In this document: piece by piece, positions 17,788 to 26,014 of the stretch | Layout: each line of letters starts with the position of its first letter | How positions within the stretch are numbered: position 1 is the first letter of the stretch | NCBI GenBank assembly: GCA_003220955.1 | Contig: QHTW01000048.1 | Coordinates: forward strand, 1 to 32,510 | Direction: 5' to 3' | Origin: Gemmatimonadota bacterium | GTDB taxonomy: Bacteria; Gemmatimonadota; Gemmatimonadetes; Gemmatimonadales; GWC2-71-9 | DNA: 32,510 nucleotides | Made by a program: the position numbers and the translations under genes | Notes under the pieces: generated by a model | Told to the model about the DNA's origin: nothing | The model's input: the letters and a program-made list of their open reading frames with translations, nothing else | Databases searched by the model: none

Positions 17788-18849
17788 CTACTCGACGCGC
17801 TCCAGCCGCGGATTAGGCCGGTACGACCGCCCAACCTTCGCGCACGGCTTCCCCTCAAGCATCACCACGTCGGCCGTGAAATCGAATCGTCCCTGGAACA
17901 GGCTCGATCCGACACCATAGGCGTCGACGGGAACGTTCTGCTCCTCGAACTGCCGGATCTTCTCCACCGTGAAGCCGCCGGAGACCACGATTTTGACCTC
18001 TCGATGGCTCGCCGCGTCCAGCGCGCGTCGCACGTTCCAGACGAGCTGGGGATTCACACCGGTCGGCTTGAATGTGCCCATCTGCGGAATGACCGACTTA
18101 TCGACGAGCGTTTCGGAAGTGTCGAGCCGAACGCCGTACAGCCGGTCGCCGAGGGCGCGGGCGACAGCGAGTGAGGTGGCCACACAGTCGTTGTCGAAAT
18201 CCACCAGCGTGATGAGGCGAATCGAGGGATCGCTGCCCTCGGCGAACTTGCGTGATGCGAGGACCGTGTCACCGTTGTATGCCGCGATCAGCGCGTGCGG
18301 CACCGTGCCGATTCCCTCGGAACCCCACCACGATGCCTGTGCATCGGTCGAGACGCCGATCGCGCCCGCGATGTGCGCCGCGTAGCCGTCGCCCGTCTGC
18401 ACCAGCCAGTGATCGTGGCGCGCCGGGAAGAACATTACTTCCTTGGGTTTCGCCGCCTGCACCACCTCGTGCGTGTTGGTGCCGACGCGCGTGCGCCGCG
18501 CGAGCACGCCGAGGTAGAGCGTTTCGAGCACCGCGAAGGCGTCGTACGGCCCCTCGATGAGCAGCACCGTCTCCCACGGCTGGATTTCGTCTCCATCATA
18601 GAGCGCGTGGACGACCAGCTCGTCCCAGCGCTCGGCGCAGAATTTGAGAATCGCAATCGCCTCATCGATGCCGCCGAGATAGGCGTGCGCTTTCCCGAAC
18701 ACCTGCATCGTCACCCGCGGGCGATGCCTGTCTTTGCGCAAGAGATCGCGCGCGCGCACGAAGTATTTGTCCGAGTAATACCCTTCCCGCATTTTGTCGA
18801 CGGGAAGGTGGAAGATGGAAGGATCGAGGCGCTTGCGGCGCGAAGCCAT
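17788..18849 (-). CDS. pncB: Nicotinate phosphoribosyltransferase (short type II PRTase)
   Basis: YYSDKYF, ETLYLGVLARRT, FPARHDH, GTVPHALI (phospho-His), GVRLDTS, VSGGF, YGVGS. Confidence 0.85.
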   Translation of the reverse strand: MASRRKRLDPSIFHLPVDKMREGYYSDKYFVRARDLLRKDRHRPRVTMQVFGKAHAYLGGIDEAIAILKFCAERWDELVVHALYDGDEIQPWETVLLIEGPYDAFAVLETLYLGVLARRTRVGTNTHEVVQAAKPKEVMFFPARHDHWLVQTGDGYAAHIAGAIGVSTDAQASWWGSEGIGTVPHALIAAYNGDTVLASRKFAEGSDPSIRLITLVDFDNDCVATSLAVARALGDRLYGVRLDTSETLVDKSVIPQMGTFKPTGVNPQLVWNVRRALDAASHREVKIVVSGGFTVEKIRQFEEQNVPVDAYGVGSSLFQGRFDFTADVVMLEGKPCAKVGRSYRPNPRLERVE

Positions 18850-19707
18850 TCAGCGCCAGCCCGGCCAGGAGAACGTGGCGGTGAGCGTATCACCGTTCGG
18901 CAGCGCGAGTTGGCGCCCGACGTTGTTGAGCCGCCCGCAGATCGTGCCGAGTGGCTCGGTCCCTTCGGGACGGGCGACGCGGAGGCAGACGACGTCCGCG
19001 TCGAGCGCGAGCGCGCGCTCGCGAGCTGACCGCGCCGGCTCGGGTCGGGTGAGATTCAGCACCAGGGTCGTGGCGCGGCCCCGCAGCACCAGCTGGACGA
19101 TCCGCGATGGCTCATCGGGCACCATATCCATGGGCCGCGGCGCGCTGACGGTGTCGCCGCGCACAAGGTTGAGAATCACCCGAGCGCGCCTGGGCCGTAC
19201 GACCGCCTCCAAGCGGACGTCGCGAGTGGAATCGACGAGCTCGAAGCCTTCGGCCGGTCGCGTCTCACCGCCCGCAAACCGGCGTTCGAGAATCAGCTCT
19301 ACCAGGAGGGCCCTCGAGGCGTGCGCGCCTTGCGTCGAGTTGCCAAACGGGTAAATGCGCGCGGTATCACTCCAGGCGAGGCGGACCAGGCGCCGGTAAG
19401 TGTCTTCCTCCCACAACGGCAAGCCTCTGCGCGAGCGCCCCGCCTGGCGGCGGGTGAAGAATTCTCCGGCGAGGGTCGCAGTGTCGCCGAGCGGCGTGAC
19501 CTGAAACAGCGCCTCGACTTCGGTGGTGTCAGTGCGAAGCGTGAGCCGCATGTCGCTGTCCAGCGGGCCGCTGACGGCGCCGCTCGCGAGGATACGCGGC
19601 GCAGCCGACGCCGGCTCGATGACGCGAATCCGATACGTGAGTCGGGTGCCCGGCGCCTGCAGCAGCGAAAGCGCGGAGAGGAGGCTAGTGAACGACGATA
19701 GTCCCAC
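18850..19707 (-). CDS. Hypothetical secreted protein
   Basis: GTG 19707 preceded by GAGGAG; signal-like N-terminus (SLLSALSLLQAP); alternating beta-strand pattern; one Cys pair; no family recognised. Confidence 0.65.
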   Translation of the reverse strand: MGLSSFTSLLSALSLLQAPGTRLTYRIRVIEPASAAPRILASGAVSGPLDSDMRLTLRTDTTEVEALFQVTPLGDTATLAGEFFTRRQAGRSRRGLPLWEEDTYRRLVRLAWSDTARIYPFGNSTQGAHASRALLVELILERRFAGGETRPAEGFELVDSTRDVRLEAVVRPRRARVILNLVRGDTVSAPRPMDMVPDEPSRIVQLVLRGRATTLVLNLTRPEPARSARERALALDADVVCLRVARPEGTEPLGTICGRLNNVGRQLALPNGDTLTATFSWPGWR

Positions 19708-20035
19708 GCGACTCCTCGAGTGTGCCACCACTGCCAGGGCGGCCCCACTGGCCGTGGGCGACCCATCCGGCGGCGAGACCGGTACCCAGCGCGATCACGA
19801 CCCACAGGGCGAGGGTGCCGGCGCGGATCGACGGACGCGGCACGACAAACGCGTGCGGATTCCCGGCCGACCGTGCCAGCGCGACCCGCACTTCGAGCTG
19901 GCTCGCGCGTGCGCCGGCACAGTGCGCGCACGACGCCAGATGCTTGGCGAGCGCGGCGCGCTCGACGAGAGAGAGCTCACCGTCCAGCTCGGCATCGATC
20001 TGGACGAGCCACTGCTCGTGCGTGGAATCCGCCAT
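19685..20035 (-). CDS. zf-HC2 (ZAS) anti-sigma-like membrane protein
   Basis: IDAELDGELS..ERAALAKHLASCAHC followed by one TM helix; ATG 20035 coupled to the GT2 stop (TAATG); SD GGAGG. Confidence 0.8.
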   Translation of the reverse strand: MADSTHEQWLVQIDAELDGELSLVERAALAKHLASCAHCAGARASQLEVRVALARSAGNPHAFVVPRPSIRAGTLALWVVIALGTGLAAGWVAHGQWGRPGSGGTLEESRGTIVVH

Positions 20036-20742
20036 TAGACCTCCTCCTTGACGCGGTAGCGGAGCGCCCGGCGCTGCATCCAGCGCACGGCAAAAGCATC
20101 GACCAGCGACCGCAGCACGCGATTCCACATACCGTACTTCGTCACGCCATGTTTCCGGGGCCGGTGACCAACCGGAACCTCGGTCACGGTGCCACCTTGC
20201 ATCTTGATCAGCGTCGGCAGAAAACGATGCATCCCGCTGAACAGGGGCAACGCTTGCACCGCATCAGTGCGAAAGGCTTTCAGCGAGCACCCCGTATCGC
20301 GAATGACTTCGCCGTTGAGCCGGTTTCGCACGCCGTTGGCGATCCGGCTTTGCAGCCGCTTCCAGGGTGTGTCGCGCCGCGTGGCGCGATAGCCGGTCAC
20401 CGCAGTGGCGCCGCTGCGCTGTAAGGTAGCGACGAGCGTTGGAATATCGGCAGGATCGTTCTGCAGGTCGGCGTCCAGCGTGACCACGATCGGCGCACGC
20501 GCCGCGCGAAACCCGGCCGCGAACGCCGCGGTCTGGCCGGCATTTCGCTCGAAGGCGATGACGCGCAACTGCGGATACTGTCGCCGCAAGACTTTGAGCG
20601 CCTCGACCGACCCGTCGCTCGAGCCGTCGTCCACGACGATGACCTCGTAGCTCCGGCGGGCGAGGGCGGCTGCGATTTCGGCGAGCAGCGGGGCGAGGTT
20701 TTCCCGCTCGTTGTACGCGGGGACCACGAGCGAAAGCTCCAC
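20035..20742 (-). CDS. GT2 polyprenol-phosphate glycosyltransferase (DPM1/ArnC-like, no TM tail)
   Basis: VVPAYNE, VDDGSSDGS, NAGQTAA, LDADLQNDP, DTGCSLKAFR, MHRFLP. Confidence 0.92.
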   Translation of the reverse strand: MELSLVVPAYNERENLAPLLAEIAAALARRSYEVIVVDDGSSDGSVEALKVLRRQYPQLRVIAFERNAGQTAAFAAGFRAARAPIVVTLDADLQNDPADIPTLVATLQRSGATAVTGYRATRRDTPWKRLQSRIANGVRNRLNGEVIRDTGCSLKAFRTDAVQALPLFSGMHRFLPTLIKMQGGTVTEVPVGHRPRKHGVTKYGMWNRVLRSLVDAFAVRWMQRRALRYRVKEEV

Positions 20743-20762
20743 GGGGTGGGAACGATAGCAAG

Positions 20763-20791
20763 TTGACAGCCGCTAGACGAGTGGGTAAAAC
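20763..20791 (+). promoter_or_regulatory. Sigma70-type promoter for a probably leaderless asparaginase mRNA
   Basis: TTGACA (20763-68), 17 bp, TAAAAC (20786-91), then 5 nt to ATG 20797; no SD. Confidence 0.7.
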
Positions 20792-20796
20792 CGTTC

Positions 20797-21846
20797 ATGG
20801 CTGAGTTCTGGTCGCGCCGGGATTTTTTGCGCTCCGCCGCCAGTGGACTGGCCGCGAGCACGGTGACGGGGATTCCCCACCCGATGCGGCCGCCCCGGCC
20901 GCTCCCGCCCGAGTCTCGCTGGGCGGCGAAGCCCGTGGCGATCGCGAGCGCAAACGGCTTGCGCGCCGTGCAAAAAGCGTTCGATCTGATGCTCCAGGGC
21001 GCCGACACGCTCGACGCGGTCATCGAGGGCGTGAAGATCCAGGAGCTCGATCCCAACGACGACTCGGTCGGGTACGGCAGTCTCCCGAACGCGGAAGGCG
21101 TGGTGCAGCTGGACGCGTCCTGTATGCACGGTCCCACCAAGTGCGCTGGAGCCGTCGGCGCGCTCGAGAACATCAAGACGCCCTCGGAAGTCGCCAAGCT
21201 GATTCTCAAGTACACGACGCACATCTTCCTCGTGGGCGAAGGCGCGAAACGGTTCGCGCTGTCGTACGGATTCAAGGAAGAAGAGTTGCTGACCGATCAC
21301 TCGCGCGAAGCGTGGCTGCGCTGGCGGGCGAATCTGAGCCCGAACGATAACTATCTCGACGTGCCCGACACGGAGCACCTCGTCGTCACGAAAACGGGCA
21401 CGATCAACTGCGACGCCGTGACTCCCCAGGGTGACCTGTCGTCCGTCACGACGACCGGCGGCCTGGCGTGGAAAATTCCCGGTCGCGTGGGCGACTCGCC
21501 GATCATCGGCGCCGGGCAATACTGCGACAACGGCGTCGGCGCCGCGGGCTCCACGGGCCTGGGCGAGGCGAACATCAAGGTGTGCGGCGGATTTCTCACG
21601 GTCGAGCACATGCGGCGCGGAATGAAACCGACCGATGCCTGTCTCGAATCGCTGAAGCGCGTCGTCGCGGAAACGGAGGCGCGGCTGCTGGACGCGCAGG
21701 GCAAACCGAAATTCGATCTGGTGTTCTACGCCGTCACCAAGCGCGGAGAATTCGGGGCCGCGTCGCTCTATCCCAACCACTTCGCGGTGCACGACGGCAC
21801 AGACGCCAAGATTCGCGACACGGCCTACCTATTTACCCGCGCCTAA
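20797..21846 (+). CDS. Tat-exported Ntn hydrolase: N(4)-(beta-N-acetylglucosaminyl)-L-asparaginase / isoaspartyl peptidase family
   Basis: SRRDFLR Tat motif; SVGYG, QLDASCM, GAVGAL, TG|TINC autoprocessing Thr, KIPGRVGDSPIIGAG, TGLGE. Confidence 0.9.
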   Translation: MAEFWSRRDFLRSAASGLAASTVTGIPHPMRPPRPLPPESRWAAKPVAIASANGLRAVQKAFDLMLQGADTLDAVIEGVKIQELDPNDDSVGYGSLPNAEGVVQLDASCMHGPTKCAGAVGALENIKTPSEVAKLILKYTTHIFLVGEGAKRFALSYGFKEEELLTDHSREAWLRWRANLSPNDNYLDVPDTEHLVVTKTGTINCDAVTPQGDLSSVTTTGGLAWKIPGRVGDSPIIGAGQYCDNGVGAAGSTGLGEANIKVCGGFLTVEHMRRGMKPTDACLESLKRVVAETEARLLDAQGKPKFDLVFYAVTKRGEFGAASLYPNHFAVHDGTDAKIRDTAYLFTRA

Positions 21847-22958
21847 CCGTCCTCTTCGTCGCGTTGGCGGCACCGCTCGCGGCGCAGACCGCGGCAAATC
21901 CAAAATACGAATGGGTCGATCATCTCTACCCATACGTTTCCTACAGTTCGGTCGACGGGTTCTGGGGAGCGGGGCATTACGACTGGTCGATCCCGATGGG
22001 CTTCGCCGAACGGCCGGAGCCGAACATCGGCCGCATCGCGTTCGATGCTGGCGCGAGCACCAAGGGCAGCTACCTGCTGACCGCGGACGCACAGTTCCCC
22101 GCCTATTGGGATGGCTGGCGATTCGGCCTGACGGTCGGTCTGGTCCGTGCGAATCGACTCGGCTACTACGGGCAAGGCAATAGCACCACATACGACCACG
22201 ACAGCACGACCGCCCCCGATCGGTCGTACTTCTATCGGGTGAGCCGTAAGACCGGGGGCGCGCGGCTCACCGTGCAGCGGAGGGTTGCAGGCCCGTTGCG
22301 CGTCCTGGTGGGTGGCTCGCTCCAACGGACCGCCTTTCGCACGCTACCCGGCGTGAACCTGTATCAACGGGACAGCGTCGCGCCGTTTAACGATGCCGTC
22401 GCGCGCGCCGGCATCGTTTTCGATTCCCGCGATCTCGAAGCCGACCCCCACCGTGGCATCTTCGCCGAGGCGCTGGTCGGACGGGGTCGCGGCTATACGC
22501 GCACGACCGCCGCCGTACGGGCCTATGTCCATCCGCTCGAGCGTCTGATCCTTGCAGCACGCGTCGCCGGTGAAAAAATGACCGGGACGCCGCCTCTGGC
22601 AGCGCAGCAGACGATGGAATCAAGTGAGGGGCCGCTCGTCGCCGTGGGCGGCTCCCGCTCGCTGCGCGGCTATTACGACGGCCGCTTCGTGGGACCTGGT
22701 AAGCTGGTCGCGGGAGTCGAGGCTCGGTACGGTGTGATCTGGGCGCCGCGCCTGCTCGAGGTAAAGCTGTTCGGGTTCTACGATGCTGGGCGCGTGTTCG
22801 GCCCCGGGGAGGTGGTGCACCTCACGCGCCAGGCGCTGCATTCCGCATGGGGCGGTGGGGTCGCTGCGGCACTCATGCGAAACACGGTGATGACGTTCTT
22901 CGTCGGAAAGGGCACGGAAGGAGCGCTGGTGTCGTTCGCGACGACGTGGAGCTATTGA
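21831..22958 (+). CDS. Omp85 (BamA/TamA) family beta-barrel without POTRA domains; start codon uncertain
   Basis: Signal-like PRLTVLFVALAAPLAAQ; DSRDLEADP..G, SLRGYYDGRF (loop-6 motif), FYDAG, C-terminal aromatic FATTWSY. The 5' part of the 21468 ORF is a shadow of the asparaginase. Confidence 0.8.
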   Translation: MYPRLTVLFVALAAPLAAQTAANPKYEWVDHLYPYVSYSSVDGFWGAGHYDWSIPMGFAERPEPNIGRIAFDAGASTKGSYLLTADAQFPAYWDGWRFGLTVGLVRANRLGYYGQGNSTTYDHDSTTAPDRSYFYRVSRKTGGARLTVQRRVAGPLRVLVGGSLQRTAFRTLPGVNLYQRDSVAPFNDAVARAGIVFDSRDLEADPHRGIFAEALVGRGRGYTRTTAAVRAYVHPLERLILAARVAGEKMTGTPPLAAQQTMESSEGPLVAVGGSRSLRGYYDGRFVGPGKLVAGVEARYGVIWAPRLLEVKLFGFYDAGRVFGPGEVVHLTRQALHSAWGGGVAAALMRNTVMTFFVGKGTEGALVSFATTWSY

Positions 22959-22962
22959 TCGA

Positions 22963-24099
22963 TCACGTGACTTGTCGGATCTCCACGCCCCTACGCTTCA
23001 GCTCGTCCACATACGCCTGAAACGGCACAGCTTCATCGGGCGTGTACACCCCCGGTGAAGTGATCCTGCCGTCGACCTGCATGACACCGGTGATCGCGAG
23101 CGAGTACCCGGTGGTCCGCATCATCGCACTGATTCCCGTCGCCTCATCGAAATAGTCGAGCAGCTGCCAGGCGACGCGGCTGCCATTCTTGCCGTCCACT
23201 TGCACGCGCAACGCCACCAGGTCGCGGCCGTTGGGTTTGGTAAGATGCGGTGAGACGGCCGCGATGAACGCGTCGCGCGGCACGATCTCCGTGCCTTTCA
23301 ACTTCACCGGCTCCAGCGACAAGAGTCCCAGCTCGCGAATGGGTCGCATGATCGCCACGTGACCAGGGTAGCGGAGCGTCTTGTATTCCATCGTGCGTAC
23401 GTTGCCCTGGTACGCCCATGGCATGGTCGAGATCCCGCCGCCCGTGTGAAACGCCTCGAGCGTCCCGACGGGGCTCGGAAACTCGACGTCCTCGAGCTCC
23501 GACAGGGCGTCCACGCGCTCGGGGCGGCCGTCGCGCAGCACCCAGGACGGCGTCGTGTAGTAGTCGAGCGCGCCTTCGAGCGAGTAGACGATCTGATAAT
23601 TGAGTGGCGGCTCCGGCTGCTGCGGCAACCCGTCCACGAAAATCTTCACACTCTCGGCATCGCCGACGCGGCGAATGCCCTCGGCGGCGATGATGTTGAC
23701 CATGCCTGGCGCGAGACCGCAGTCGGGAATCACCGAGACGTGCTGTTTCTGTGCGGCAGGGTGGAGCGTTTTCTGTTTCTGGACGATTTCGGTGTTGCCG
23801 CCCAGGTCGGCGCAATGCAGGCCCACCGCGACGGCGGCCTTGGCGACGGGATAGTTGAAGTAGTAGGGCAACGCGTTCATGACCGCGTCGTGCCCGCGCA
23901 TGAGCTGGCGAAGCTGGGTCCCCCGCTTGGCATCGAGCCGGACGGTGACGAGGCGTTTGTCCTTCTTCTTCTTTAGGAAGGCGGCGGCGCGTTTCGGTTG
24001 CAGGTCGGCCAGGGTGACGCGCTCGACGTCCGGACGCTGCAGGAGGTCAAATGCGCAGGCAGAACCCTGCAGCCCAGCCCCCAGCACGAGCATGCGCAT
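22963..24099 (-). CDS. Saccharopine dehydrogenase / lysine 6-dehydrogenase family protein
   Basis: VLGAGLQG Rossmann motif, NALPY, DLGGN, DCGLAPG, YKTLRYPGH, SAMMRTTG; SD GGAGG. Confidence 0.9.
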   Translation of the reverse strand: MRMLVLGAGLQGSACAFDLLQRPDVERVTLADLQPKRAAAFLKKKKDKRLVTVRLDAKRGTQLRQLMRGHDAVMNALPYYFNYPVAKAAVAVGLHCADLGGNTEIVQKQKTLHPAAQKQHVSVIPDCGLAPGMVNIIAAEGIRRVGDAESVKIFVDGLPQQPEPPLNYQIVYSLEGALDYYTTPSWVLRDGRPERVDALSELEDVEFPSPVGTLEAFHTGGGISTMPWAYQGNVRTMEYKTLRYPGHVAIMRPIRELGLLSLEPVKLKGTEIVPRDAFIAAVSPHLTKPNGRDLVALRVQVDGKNGSRVAWQLLDYFDEATGISAMMRTTGYSLAITGVMQVDGRITSPGVYTPDEAVPFQAYVDELKRRGVEIRQVT

Positions 24100-24144
24100 T
24101 GCGTCTCACGCCTCCGATGATTGTTGGGAGATGAAGCGGCGGGA

Positions 24145-24157
24145 AAGCTAGTAGATT
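24145..24157. promoter_or_regulatory. Back-to-back -10-like hexamers for the dehydrogenase (TAGCTT, -) and tetR (TAGATT, +)
   Basis: aagcta-g-tagatt; TAGATT is 8 nt before GTG 24166. Confidence 0.5.
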
Positions 24158-24165
24158 CGGCCACG

Positions 24166-24933
24166 GTGTTGCACCCCTCGCACTTCTCGAGCTCGCCTGC
24201 CGGCGCCGCAGAGCTCACACGCCAGCGCTTGATTCGCGCCGCCCTGGAGTTGTTCACGACCCGCGGCTACCACGACACCACGACGGCCCAAATCGCCAAG
24301 AAGGCCGGGATCGCCGAGGGGACGATTTACCGCCATTTCGCCAGCAAGCAGCAATTGATGAACGAGCTGTATCGCGCCGCCCAACGGTGGGCTACGAAGT
24401 TGGTCCAGGAGACCGCTCGCGATCCGGAGGCGCGAACGGCCCGCGCCCAACTGATGGCCGTCGCGCACGGTTTGTTCCAGGGGGCGGCGGAGGACACGGC
24501 AGTCGTCAAGCTCGGATTGCTGGAGCGGCTCGAAGCGGTGATCGATGATGAGAGCCGCAAGACAGCGCGGGAGTTTCGGTTGGCGCTCGAGCGGATCGTC
24601 GCCGAAGGCAAAGCTCAGGGTGCAGTACGAACGGGTGCGGTCGAGATCTGGGCGGGGGTCTGGCTGGCGACGATCAGCCACGCGTTAGAGAAGATCGTTG
24701 CCGGCGACTGGAAACCGGGAGATGCCGGCGTGCGATTGGTGATATTAGCGTGTGAGCGATGGGCCCCACTTCGCGACAAAACAAGGCAGTCGCTCCGCGG
24801 GGCCCATCGCTCCCACGTTTTTAGGCACGACGTAATTCGAACAACGCAATCTCTGGCGGCACGAAAACGCGTAGCGGCACCCCGACCACGCCAATTCCCC
24901 TGCTCACGTACAGCTGGCTGTTTCCCTGTGTGA
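24166..24933 (+). CDS. TetR/AcrR family regulator; C-terminus apparently frameshifted and reading through into the convergent gene
   Basis: TRQRLIRAALELF..RGYHDTTTAQIAKKAGIAEGTIYRHFASK HTH. The sequence after GVRLVI is not TetR-like; a natural-looking end ISV-TGA lies in another frame at 24744-24755. Confidence 0.85.
   Translation: MLHPSHFSSSPAGAAELTRQRLIRAALELFTTRGYHDTTTAQIAKKAGIAEGTIYRHFASKQQLMNELYRAAQRWATKLVQETARDPEARTARAQLMAVAHGLFQGAAEDTAVVKLGLLERLEAVIDDESRKTAREFRLALERIVAEGKAQGAVRTGAVEIWAGVWLATISHALEKIVAGDWKPGDAGVRLVILACERWAPLRDKTRQSLRGAHRSHVFRHDVIRTTQSLAARKRVAAPRPRQFPCSRTAGCFPV
24749..24817. repeat. 69-bp imperfect palindrome (REP-like element or bidirectional terminator) between convergent genes
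   Basis: Arms cgtgtgagcgatgggcccc (24749-67) and ggggcccatcgctcccacg (24799-817), 18/19 complementary; inner gcgac/gtcgc stem; followed by a T-run. Confidence 0.8.
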
Positions 24934-26014
24934 AGTGCCCCATCACGTACTTCGTGATCAGGCGGCCTGGTGACCAGCCGACCACCGGCAGATAGAACTG
25001 GCCACCGTGGATGTGGCCCGCGAGCGTAAGGGGGATGCCGCGTGGTGCCGCGCCGTCAAACGCACCGGGGCGGTGAGCGAGCAGGATGCGGAACGCGTCT
25101 TTCGCGGGCGGCGTGAGCCGCAGCGCGGGCTCGAGGTCGTAGTCCTGGGGATCGTCCGCGTGCCAGTTGCGCGGGTCGTCAATGCCGATGAGCGCGAGCG
25201 CGGCGCCGTCCCGCTCGATGACGTGCGCGCCATTCTTCACGAACACCTGCCCCGCGTCGCGCACGCCACGAATCACGGCGTCCTCGCCCGTGTAGCGATC
25301 GTGATTGCCCAGGACAGTCACCACGCCGAGCGGAGCGCGCAGGTCGCGAAACGCTCGCACATAGTCCGAGATATACGATTGCGAGATGTCGATCATGTCG
25401 CCGGTCTGCACGATCAGATCGGCGCCGAGGGCGTTCGTCTGCGCGACGATGGCCCGCATTTTCGCTTCGGACATGTGAATGCCGGCGTGCACATCGGAGA
25501 GATGCGCGATGCGGAGCCCGTCGAGCCCGGCCGGCAGATTCGGAAATACCAGCGCGCGGCGCGTGACCTTCGGGAGGCGCTCGGCGCTCCAGATGCCGTA
25601 CGCCGACACGCCGAGTCCCACGACGGCATATGCGTAGGTCGCGCGTGCGAGGAACTGTCGACGCGACATGGCGGTTGGGCGGTTGAGCGGCTCGGCGGTT
25701 GGAGAGTGGCGCAGTTTTCCAACCGCCCAACCGCCGAACCACCAAACCGCCTTCGTGAGTATGTAAAGCGCAACCAGCCCACAGAAAATCCAGCCGAGCA
25801 GCTGCCAGGCGATCCACGGCGCAATGTAGGGAACACGACTGATCCCCCACAGACTGCCGGAGAACATCCGCACGGCGACGATGCCCCACGGGATGTTGAA
25901 GACGACGAACACGACGGTGAGCCAGCGCCGCGCCGAGAGCGGCAGGCGCTCACGCAGATAGAGGAATAGCAGTATTTGAGGCGCCGCGAACAGCAAAAGG
26001 TAGATTAGGGCCAT
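24821..26014 (-). CDS. Membrane-anchored metallophosphoesterase (YkuE/YaeI-like)
   Basis: N-terminal TM helices, internal SRRQFL, LSDVH, TGDMID, LGNHD, LAHRP, AGHIHGGQ, YVSRGIG. Confidence 0.92.
   Translation of the reverse strand: MALIYLLLFAAPQILLFLYLRERLPLSARRWLTVVFVVFNIPWGIVAVRMFSGSLWGISRVPYIAPWIAWQLLGWIFCGLVALYILTKAVWWFGGWAVGKLRHSPTAEPLNRPTAMSRRQFLARATYAYAVVGLGVSAYGIWSAERLPKVTRRALVFPNLPAGLDGLRIAHLSDVHAGIHMSEAKMRAIVAQTNALGADLIVQTGDMIDISQSYISDYVRAFRDLRAPLGVVTVLGNHDRYTGEDAVIRGVRDAGQVFVKNGAHVIERDGAALALIGIDDPRNWHADDPQDYDLEPALRLTPPAKDAFRILLAHRPGAFDGAAPRGIPLTLAGHIHGGQFYLPVVGWSPGRLITKYVMGHFTQGNSQLYVSRGIGVVGVPLRVFVPPEIALFELRRA
25670..25751. repeat. In-frame inverted array of 8-bp units: (GGCGGTTG)x4, 18-bp spacer, (CAACCGCC)x4
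   Basis: GGCGGTTG GGCGGTTG AGCGGCTC GGCGGTTG ... CAACCGCC CAACCGCC GAACCACC AAACCGCC. Confidence 0.85.

Noticed and set aside
24745-24826. Integron attC site
   Set aside because: No clear RYYYAAC/GTTRRRY core pair, no integrase and no cassette array.
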